Part shown: piece by piece, positions 53,739-64,000 of the stretch | Position numbering within the stretch: position 1 is the stretch's first letter | Layout of the letters: every line of letters starts with the position of its first letter | Source: the human T2T-CHM13v2.0 reference genome, Homo sapiens | DNA: 64,000 bases | Reading direction: 5' to 3' (one strand) | NCBI RefSeq assembly: GCF_009914755.1 | Contig: NC_060932.1 | Translations under genes and position numbers: made by a program | The notes under the pieces: model-generated | Database searches by the model: none | Seen by the model: only the letters and a program-made list of their open reading frames with translations | What the model was told of the DNA's origin: nothing

Positions 53739-56700
53739 GCTATAAGATTAAACTTAAACAAGACTAAATCTTTGTGTGTTATGTTGTGTTGTGCTGAATG
53801 TGGGGTTTCAGATAAGTGCACATGAAAAGATCAAAGCTCTGTTCTGAGAAACAAAGTGCTAACTTTACCTTTAGGCCTCCCTGCTGCTCTACCTGTACTA
53901 ACTATTGTAATTAATTTGTAATGCATGGCATCTTTCCATTTTTGCCTCAGCTGCCAGGAAACCAAATACCACTCACCACCTGGAATAGGAATTGATTATT
54001 TTACTTTACCCTAGCCTCTATACAAGCCTCACTTGCCTTTGGGTCTATTGAATAATTTTTGTCTCATATATTGATGTGTTTGAATGCATTTTTGCTTCGT
54101 TGTAAACATACAATAGCTTTTAATCAGTAGCTCAAGGTGCCTCATAGAAAGAACCATTGTTTCATTTATTAAAACAACACGTAAAAAAAATCACATGTTC
54201 ATTTCCCGAAATATGGAGTGAATTTCTTCAAGCCTTGGAAGAAATTTACATTTACATGTAATAAAGCTCCTCAGACTGGTAAATTCCCTGAGATTATCAT
54301 AACAGACCTGTTAAGTCGAACTCAGAAGAGGTTTCTATTTTGAGAGAATACTGCTTTTGGCTGCCAGGAGAGCCTTCTGTAGACATCTTTTTGAAAATGG
54401 GGTAACTCATATGAATTCATCATGGCCAGAAGAAATAAAGATTCTTAGTGTGTGATGTAGGTGCTTTACTGGAAGGATGGTAAGTCTGGCTTAATATTGC
54501 TTGCAAAAATTATTTATGGTTGGCACTCTTAATGTGTTTAAAAAGTCTCTTTTCACGTTTGGTTAAATGTTTCTGTCTTGCTTTTTATAATTTATTTGAA
54601 ATCTACCTTTGAAATCCTCAAAATAAGGTTGTTGTTGGACAGGCCTCTATCTGAAATCCAGGAACTATTTCTCATTTTGACCCTAGTTAGAACCCACATC
54701 ATGTATATTAATACAGTATTCTTGTTCTAAAGTATATTTTGTTTCTCAGTTGTGGCTGGGGCTTTTATTAACATTCTTAAAGCAATAAATCATCCTTCTT
54801 ATTGGAGTAAGTTAATTGTGTCTTATAATGAAGAGCTCTAAACTTAATTTGTCAAATTTATGTTTGTACACAGGCCACCCCACTGAAAGGAGATAAGCTT
54901 AAGGAGGAATATCTTTTCAAAGAACTATGTTGAATGAGCTCTTTAAAAATCTTTCCTCACTAATTGCATTTTAAACAACTTAATTTTGTAAATGTTATTT
55001 TTGCTGGAGGTATGCACAATCTTTCTACTAATATTCACGCATCTACTTCATCATATGCCATTTTCTATTGGTTAGAATGCCCATCTTACTGACATCACTG
55101 TCTCTTAGATAAAAAAATACATAGTCATCAGCTTGTTTTATTACTTCCCATTAGAATGACCTCTCTGTGCCTCTTAGCCTGGATAAATCTTCTGCTCCCT
55201 TTCAATCCAGCTAAAATCTCACCATCTTGCAGCTTTACCTAATTACCCCTTATCATTTTGGCAGAACATTATGTACATCATGGAGGTTCCATTAGGGCAT
55301 GTAATGTGTGCCTCAACTGGGGTCAATACAGGGAAATATTTCCTGGATGTCAAAATTTTGTCCAGCAATAAGAATTACTTAATTTATGATTTGTCTTAGT
55401 CAAAATTACAGGCACTGGGATGAGTTTTCTTCTTTTCTTTTTGCAACAACCCCAGTGTGTTATTGCAGGGGATGTTGGTTTCTTTTGCCTTTCCTGAAGC
55501 CATTTACCCTTCTTCATGTAATGGCATGTAATTCCTTCTAGTCCTGCCTCTAGGTGTGGATATATAACTGCACAGAGTAAATGAGGTTCATTTCCCAAGC
55601 AGAATTTTTGGTAAGGAGAAGTCTTTATTCCACTGAACTTGGGGCTGTGAGTATTTTATCCTTTAGTTCTGGAAGCCATCAAGATGGGAAAACATGCTTG
55701 AAAATTAAGCCATTTTAGAAAATAACAGACTTATGGAACATATCACTTCCTGACAACATTGCATACCTGAATCCAGTTGTGCCAAAAGCTAGAGGCTCCT
55801 AGGTTTTTCAGGTAGTTAACTCAATATATTTCTTTTATTTTAATGAATTAATTTGCTTGTTTTGCTTAAGCAAGTTTGGATTAATGTTTTCATATTTGTA
55901 ATTGAAAAAGCTTGGAATATATATAATTATATATATAATTATATACATAATTATTAGTCCTAATTCTATAGGTGGGGAAATAAAACTGAGAGGTTTAGAA
56001 AACTGCAATGTTAATAACAAATGAAACTAGAATCAGACATATCTACTTATAGGGTCCATTTTCTTTCTGCTCTGTCATACTGCATTACAAGTTTTTGGTA
56101 TGTTTTGGCTTCTATGCTGATGCTTTGGCTTCTCCAAAAATTTTTATTTATTCATTTTTTGGTAGATAAAGTCTATGACTTGTAGTTTTATCATTTTCTG
56201 CTAGTATTTTGGAGGAAGAGAATGTGAGGGACACAGAAACATTTGTATTCTGATTTCTTATAATAGAAGCTCCATTAATTTTTCTTGAGCTTTCCAGTGA
56301 TTAACATTCATCTTCTGTGGTCTTTCTTGAGGCTTACAGAACCTTAGTGGACGTCAAAGTCATTCTTGTTCACGGAGAGACCTTGTTAGGCTTCGAGTCT
56401 GTGCTACTTCAGTGTCCCGTATTTGCAATGCCTATCTCCATCAATTTGGGTTATTTTCAGAAACACAAACAAGGGTTGAGTTAGACTGTCATGAGGACAA
56501 CTATAATGGGAATATTGGAAAAATTATGATTACTCTTAGGCTGGGTAAGAGACAAGTTTGCATGGAACATCTGAATTTTGTCCCTGGAATTGTCATTGCA
56601 TTTCTGGGTGGCCTTGGACAAAATTATTTTTTGAAGTTTTGCCAAAAGGAAGGTAATAGGGGTAGGAGAGGAATGAGTGAACAGCTCCAAGTGAATACAT

Positions 56701-57759
56701 TCATTCTTTACAATGTTAAGGCTCTGTATTCCCATTTTCCTGAAATCACTGTGAACTCACAAGTCAGGTCTCAGAGAAAGTCTTTTGACATTTCAAAAAT
56801 AGACCTTTTAACTTATAGCTAGAAGAATAAAAGCAAAGATAAAAACCAAGCTAGCAGAAAAATGGTCTGGTATACACATAAAGGCAGGTGGACCATTCTG
56901 GTCAGTCTGTCATTTACTAAGACCTAATTAGCTAGGCTGTCTTGGTGGCATTTTCAGAAAGGAAACCGGAATCCTTTGCCTGTAAATGTCTCCATTAGCT
57001 CAGCGTGTGTTTTCGTTGGCCTTTAGAAAACGCTCTAGGTCTATTATGGTTTTGTTGATGGCTAACAGTGTTCTTGGCGCTGAGTGCGATATAGAAGAAG
57101 GCACAGGATCCGCCCAAGGCACTTGCAACCTAAGTTAGTAAAACAAATAACTCGCTATGATTCCTGACCTTGCGGGAAATTGAGTTTAAATATCAGTGGC
57201 GCTAGATTCCAGAATATTTCTATTTGTGTTCCTTTGGGATGGGCCCTAATGACATTGGCGGAGCGACTGCATTGCTTGGTGTGCTTCCTTTCTTCCATTT
57301 TTAGCGTGTTAGACTTTCTTCCATTTCCAGGGCTTTTTCCATGGCTAAGTTAACCACACATGTTGTCTCTCAGCATCCCTTGTTTTGTTGTAATATTTGC
57401 CCTCACTTTAGCTCACTAGAGTCTAATTTCACCTATCTCTACCTACTTAAGGTGATCGAAAAAAAATTCACCCAGATAAACCCTAAACATTTTTTGAAAT
57501 GTGGGGACAAACGTTTGTTCTTGTATATAATTGTATGAATATCCATGGTATTTTAAATAAAATCATGTATCTTCAATGTGAAGACCAACATAGGCAGGGG
57601 TTGAAAAATTGTGCAATATTCTCCGCACATGTAGTTTGTTTTTTTCTATGTTGGCAGAAAAGGAAAAATATTACACCTCAACCTCTCTGATCATACTTTT
57701 GGGAAGGGTGGGTAAAGTTGAGAAGGTGGTTGGGGAGATGCCAGGTGACTGGCATCTGT

Positions 57760-58182
57760 TTTGTTAGGCTGTTTTGGCGTTGCTGTAAAGAAATTCCCGG
57801 GGCTGGGTAATTTATAAAGAAAAGACGTTTAATTGGCTCATGGGCTCATGGTTCTGAAGGCTGTACAGTGAGTGTGGTGCTAGCATCTGCTTCTGGTGAG
57901 GGTCTCAGGAAGCTTCCAATCATGGCGGAAGGCAAAGGGGAAGCAGACACGTCACATGGCAAGAGGGAGCAAGAGAGCAAGGGCAGGGAGGTCTCAGACT
58001 TTTAAACAATCAGATCTCACATGAACTGAGCGAGAATTCACTTAACACTAAGGGGATGGTGCTAAACCATTGATAAGGGATCCACCCACATGATCCAACA
58101 TCTCCCACCAGGCCCCACCACCGGCACTGGGAATCACATTTCAACATGAGATTTGGAGAGGACAAACATCCAAACTGTATCA
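57760..58182 (-). mobile_element. MSTB-like MaLR solo LTR
   Basis: gttgctgtaaagaaattccc...gggtaatttataaagaaaaga...atttcaacatgagatttggagaggacaaacatccaaactgtatca. Confidence 0.9.
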
Positions 58183-58399
58183 ATTGGTGAGACAGAACCT
58201 GGAAAAGGGAGGAAAGAAATACACAGTTGAAAGCCCGTTTTCATGGCTGGGTCTGGGCTATTGCCAGTGGAAGCCTGTAGGAGAAAGAATAAATAGAGCC
58301 ATGTAAAAGTTCAGCAAATTGTTGATCTTGCCTCTAGTCAATACACAGCCCCTGCTTTTATAAGCACTTAGAACTATGCAAGGTTTGATATATAAAGCT

Positions 58400-58790
58400 A
58401 ATTGAAATTGGCTGATAAAGACTAATCTACATCAATGAAAACAAATGAACGTTTACTGCGTGTGGCAGTGTGGATGAATCTTACAATCATATGTTGAGTA
58501 AAGAATGTCAGACTACAAGAGATTAGAGACTGATTAATTCCATTTAAATAAAGTTCAAAAACAGTCTAACTAGCTTGTGGTGTTAGAACTCTGATAATGT
58601 TACCCTGAGAGGGCTTGCGACTGGAAGAGAGGGTGATGGAGGTGATGGAGGCTTTGGATGTTTAGAATATTCTATTTATTGGTCAGGGTGAAAGTTATAT
58701 GGGTGTGCTCCCCTTGTGAAAATTCAGCAAGCAGTATGCTTATCATTTGTGTATTCGTCTCATACCTTTTATTTTCATTTAAAAATATTA
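58400..58790 (+). mobile_element. L1ME-type 3' end
   Basis: tggatgaatcttaca...attccatttaaataaagttcaaaaacag...ttgtgaaaattca. Confidence 0.65.
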
Positions 58791-61219
58791 CTTAAAAATT
58801 GCTGTTTACTTAAGAGATGTTTGCATGTACATATGTTGTTATGGAGTCATTGAATACTTCTGCAAAATAACTTAATTTTTTTCAAATTAGTAACTGAATC
58901 ATATTTGATTTCTGGGAAATATTTGTTAAGTAAATGATTTCCAGTTACAAAAAAAAGGAGCTAGCATGTCTTGGCCAGCAGCCCAGTGGACACCTTAGTA
59001 TTATGGGTTGGTGTTACCCTCATCATAATCAAAGGCAGTTAAGCTGAGCACTCTTAGTGGAACTGCATATAAGTTCGAGAGGACAGTGGTGGGGCTAGAT
59101 CCTGGCAATTTCATGGTGAATTAAGAGATTAAAAAAAGAGATATTTACTCCATTGTTCCTCAGTTCCTGAAATGTGTGTGAGCTACTGTCACCAAAGCTT
59201 GTCGCCTTCCTTCACTCCAGTAGACCACTTCTAACCAGCATATCTGTGGGGAGAACCTGTCTCCCAACCCCTTCCCTAGCTGGGACATTGTTCTGTCTCT
59301 CTCTCCCCAGCTCTATCTATAAGAAAGGAGTAGGCATCTGAAAGATCATGGTTGACCTGGTATATCAGAGGAGATGGCAGAGAATAAATAGAGGAGAGGA
59401 TTGAGAAGGGAGAGGAGGAGAAAAGAAAATGGAAGAATGGAATAAGGCAAGAGAGACATTGAGGTAGTCTGGAGGTCAACTTCAAAGAGATCCCAACTAG
59501 CAGTGACAAAATGATTAGGTTGTCACACTGTCCCATTAAAAAAAATGTTTAATGTATGCTTATTCTGTGCTAGGAACTGCCTACTTTGCCATATCCTCTA
59601 TATGATTCTATTTCATTTTCATTTCATAGATAATAAAATTGAGGGATCAGGGGGATTTTGAGCACAATACTCCAGCTGCAGTCTAAACCTTCTTAGTCAG
59701 AGCCCATGATTAAGAATAATAATGCAATGTGTTGAGTCCCTACAACATCTCAAGTACATTTATTTTTGTCTCGAAAAATTGTTTTTGTTCCTTCTGATCA
59801 ATAAATGCATATGGCTGAGTCTTGTTATCCGTGCCCATGTGTATCTGCTACTTCTTATTGTCTACGACTTTGTCATTTGGGGTTACATCCAAGAGATGGC
59901 CTACAGCTGGGATGGACTTCATGGAGCAACTATATGTCATGTGGACCCTCTGGCCACTCTGCTCTGGACTCATTCCTCCCCAACCAGAGCTTATCTGGAA
60001 CTGAACCAGCTCCCAAGGGTAAAGACAGGTCACTGAGCAGATGACCTTGGCCTTCAACTGCTGACCTTGATTTGCGTGTACTGGCTTTGAGGGAGGAGGC
60101 TTGTGGCTTCCTTTTCCCTGGACTTACACTTAAAGGAGGCTTAGATTGGCTGCACTCCTCTCACTAATGCATGAGAGGTTAGGCGTGCATCATTGGATAG
60201 TATGCCACAAACCAATGTGATAGAAATCAATGCTGCCCATATATAAGTGACCAGCTTGGTCATTTACTTCATGCTTTTGTCCCCACAGAAAAATGACAGA
60301 AAAGCTTTATATAAACAAGTTACAGAACAATGACAAATATTTCTGTATCAACGGTATGCAAGAATTATGCCAGGTAATTCTGGGGATACAGAGGTGTCAT
60401 GTTAATAGCTGGAATAAAGAAATTGCTGAGATCAGACTGTGAACCCTATACTAAAAGTCAATTCTGTGCCAAATGAAGGTAATTAGGAAAAAGGAGATAC
60501 AAATAGGCACATGCTAAGATGAGTGAGATGGTTACTTCACAGTGCAGATAAAATGGTCTTTCCATAGGTCTATAGGAGTGGTCATATCTACATATTTCAA
60601 ACCAAATACAATGATAATTGGTGGTTTTTGTGAACTGTGTATTCATTTGTTAAATAAGTTAGAAAATGCCAATTTAAGACAAGGTATATAGGTATCTTTA
60701 CAATAGGATCCTCTAACCATTTTAATGCTAAATTTGAAGTTCTAAGAGAGACATTAATTTTCTAAGTTCTTACACTTTTTGCATGTTGAAAGCATTTTTA
60801 TGTGTAACATCTTCTAGAACAATCTTTAGGCTGGGAATAATCATTTAATATTTTCAAGTCATCTGCCTTTTATTTTATGTTCTCCTTCCTTTAGGTCTCA
60901 AGGAGAAAATCTAGGTGGTACAATGTAGTGAAAAAGTGACCAGGGAGTGGTCCAAGACCTTGACTCATCAGTCAAGGCTGTTTTGGTTTCACTTTTTACG
61001 AAAATAAGTTGCCGCTATGTCCTCAACAAAGCGAGTTAACTTGAGACTCATTAACCCAAAGACAAAATTGGCCAAAAGATTTCAGGTCTTCCACAAGCCT
61101 GAGAACAAATCCAGCCATAAACCCTTTAAATGAACCCCCAATATCCATTTCCCTTTTATTTCCTCAGGATGATCAGCCCTGACCCGTTATCTTGCGGTTC
61201 ATTTCATGTTTGTTTAGGG

Positions 61220-61434
61220 CAGGGGTGTCCAATCTTTTGGCTTCCTTGGGCCACATTAGAAGAACTGTCTTGGGCCATAAGTAAAATACACTAACACTAA
61301 CAATAGCTGATGATGAAAAAAAAATTGCAGAAAAACCCCTCAATTTTTAAGAAAGTTTACAAATTTGTCTTGGGCCACATTCAAAGCTGTCCTGGACCAC
61401 ATGTGGCCTGTGGGCCAAGGGTTGGACAAGTTTG
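61220..61434 (+). mobile_element. MER30 (hAT-Charlie) DNA transposon
   Basis: caggggtgtccaatcttttggcttcc...gggttggacaagtttg, with an 8-bp TSD gtttaggg/gtctaggg. Confidence 0.9.
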
Positions 61435-62502
61435 GTCTAGGGCAACCCAAAGAAATTGTAATAGACTAGCACTAGGGGGATCCTAAGGGAACATGCCAGT
61501 TAAACTCTCCTACTATATAGACAAAAAATCCTTCTTTGGAGTTCAACTTTCCCTTGGGTTAAAGTGCTGGTTAGTGTGAGAAATGACAATGGAATTAAGG
61601 CCACCTAATTCAGAGTCTATGCCACTTACGGCAGCATATGGAGACTCTAGGAGCATTCGGACATTTGAGTTCCTTGACACCAGTCTAACCAATGGGAGAT
61701 GCCCAGGGGAAATCCTCCAGTTTCTCCAAGATCCTCTTATGTTCTCAACATAGTAATACTCAACTTAACTATAGCTTCTATTATCTCTTGGGGAGAAATA
61801 TTCAACAAAAGCAATTAAGGGGTAAAAACTCCATTGGTCTGGTAGGAATTTACCTCTGTCTCAGAACTAAAAAAAAACAAAAAACAAAAAAAGAAACCCT
61901 ATTAACAGATCCTAGATGCTATTATATCAAGGGTCCCAGGAAATGATTGGCTTGAACACTTGAGGGTTTCAGAATAAAACCTAGGGAAAATGCATGGTGT
62001 CTCTAAACCTCAGGCAATTTGCTGTGGCTGCCAAGGCCTCCACAGAAAGCATTTTTCAATTGGTATATTTATACTTTCTTTACTTAGTATTGATTCTAAA
62101 TAAGGATAAAACCCATCCTTGATGGGAAGCCTATGAGTAAGAACAGATGAATTAAAGTTTGTTTTATCTTCCCACTTTCCTTTTGCTGTAGCCAAAAAAA
62201 GCCTTCTCTTCAGGGGCAAATGGGATGTATTCTAGAGGCAGTAGTCACTGCTTTCACAACAACTAAATGATAAAATGGTTGGAGAGAGTCTAGGGCAACA
62301 GGAGCATTGGGTTTAGGTGCAGGTTCAAGGCTTCCTAAACATTTCATCTATAAAACTGGGTAAAATAGGCCATCTTGAAGGTCTGCAGGTCTCTGAACAT
62401 CACCGCCCCAAGCTCTATATTGATGCCTAGGCTTGCCATTTTTTTTAACTCTATATTCCTCTTAAGACACCTGCTTTTGAGCCACTAATAAAGTACTCTA
62501 GC

Positions 62503-62508
62503 ACTCTC

Positions 62509-62539
<31 letters not shown>

Positions 62540-62630
62540 CTTCCCTCCCTCCTTCTCTCTGTGTCTCTCCATTTCTCTCTCTCCATCTCTCTCTCCCTCT
62601 TTTTCTCCTTTTCCCTCTCCCTCTCTCTTT
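62503..62630. repeat. (CT)n-rich polypyrimidine tract
   Basis: Directly visible. Confidence 0.9.
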
Positions 62631-63319
62631 TGGATCTTGCAACAGACTGACTTTACCTAAATATTTGCTGATTGGCTATTCGTGGAACTAATAATGATCT
62701 CTGGGCAATTTGCCATATGGGAGAAATTGGGTGGAGAGAATGAATGGCCAAGATATGATTGTTCAGACATCAGCTGCTCACGGCTGTATGTGTGTGCGTC
62801 TATGTGCTATAGACAAATATTAAGTCAGACCTGCTCAAACAGGAAGTGTGATAGTTTTTTAAAATTATGGTAGAGCTCAAGTTGATCTTTGCTTCAGTTA
62901 TGCAACCAGGTTTGTAAAGATACAGGGAAATTTTGTCCATGCTTTAAAAGATTTAACCATCTTTTCTAACACTGGAGATTGACTTCCACATGAACATGAT
63001 TTGCCCCTATTTGCAGCCTGTTCTCTATATCTCACCACACAGCTACTCTCCCCTGCAAGTTGACATTGCCGAATTTTTGCTGATATTTTTTTCATTCCTG
63101 ATGCCCCCATTTTTTTCTACTCCTCCCTTCCCTCTATAAGTCCATGTATTGTATATGGTTCATTTTAAATGCCCTGAAGAAAACCTTCCCAAATCCTCTA
63201 GCATTCAAATCCAACATTTTCCCTCCCTGAGTTCCGTAATAATTTACTTGTACATCTAATCCAGTGCTTATTCCATTCTACCTGACATTATGGTGAGACG
63301 TTGAAAGAGGAATAGTGAG

Positions 63320-63550
63320 AGAATAGAAAGAAAACAGGCTTTGGAATTGCAGAGTGGGGTTTGGCTCTTGAAAATTCTAGCTGAAAAATGTTGGGCAAGT
63401 CTTTGAATATTTTTGAGTCTCAGTTTTCTTCTCTCTAAAATGGGCATACTAATCACTTTGCTGGTTTTTGTCAAGGTAAAAGAGATAACATATGTGAAGA
63501 GCCTAACACAATGCCTATTCTGTGGTGAGTAATAAATATAAGCTACTATC
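63320..63550 (+). mobile_element. MIR SINE
   Basis: ttgggcaagtc...tgagtctcagttttcttctctctaaaatggg...gagataacatatgtgaagagcctaacacaatgcct. Confidence 0.8.
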
Positions 63551-64000
63551 AATAAGAATTATATATGAATTTTATCCTTTTGTAACTTTCTTAGTGATTT
63601 GAAATGCCTAGAAAACTGTATCTGCTTCAAAATTGTTTGTTGAATAAAGAAACAATTCTCTTGACCTAGTTTAAATTCCTATTATCCATATATAGCTGCC
63701 TCAAATATTTCATATCATGGTACTAAATGATAAAAACAGAAGTGTTTGATATGTTAACCAGAGGTGTGATGATATGATGATACAATTGTTCTAGGCCATG
63801 TAATTTATACGTCAATGTAGCAGCTCTATAGGACAATACTTGAGATTTACCTGTTAAACTGTATTTGTCTTGAGAGTATTCCGTTCAGTGGCACTGTACT
63901 TGGAAGGCAGCAATGATCAGTGTTAGCAGTTGATATTGATAATTATTGAGTGCTAATACATGCCAAGCCCTGTGCATGGGGTTTTAGATGGACGATTTAA

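Noticed and set aside
55915-55955. atatataatt tandem/palindromic tract
   Set aside because: It is an ordinary low-complexity AT repeat.
56412-56822. 136-aa plus-strand ORF
   Set aside because: GTG start, no recognisable domain and no convincing splice signals.
57190-57205. cagtggcgcta as a CTCF site
   Set aside because: It lacks the 5' CC..AG part of the core motif.
62451-62642. Arg/Glu-rich ORF
   Set aside because: It is a translation of the (GA)n strand of the CT microsatellite.

Overview
Primate, very probably human, AT-rich genomic DNA with no recognisable intact host protein-coding exon. It looks intergenic or deep intronic and is dominated by interspersed repeats. Main contents: a full-length but disabled L1PA3-like LINE-1 (minus strand, ~181-6314) inserted into a MIR; a twin-primed, 5'-inverted L1 nested in an older L1 (14.4-16.0 kb); a hAT-Tip100 (Arthur1-like) DNA transposon with transposase remnants (27.8-29.7 kb); a complete THE1 MaLR provirus (32.5-34.8 kb); an RPS26 processed pseudogene (44.2-44.7 kb); and many solo LTRs, Alus, MIR, L2 and MER elements. 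Almost all short ORFs in the track are incidental. The structure least explained by ordinary annotation is a 173-bp ungapped inverted repeat (27306-27478 vs 28064-28236) with a 99/100 identical core and ~15% diverged flanks, plus a cluster of small hairpins in its spacer. A 223-bp local direct duplication (42611 vs 44781) is also unexplained. I do not see a new multi-gene biological system here. Repeat subfamily names come from my recollection of consensus sequences and need Dfam/RepeatMasker confirmation.
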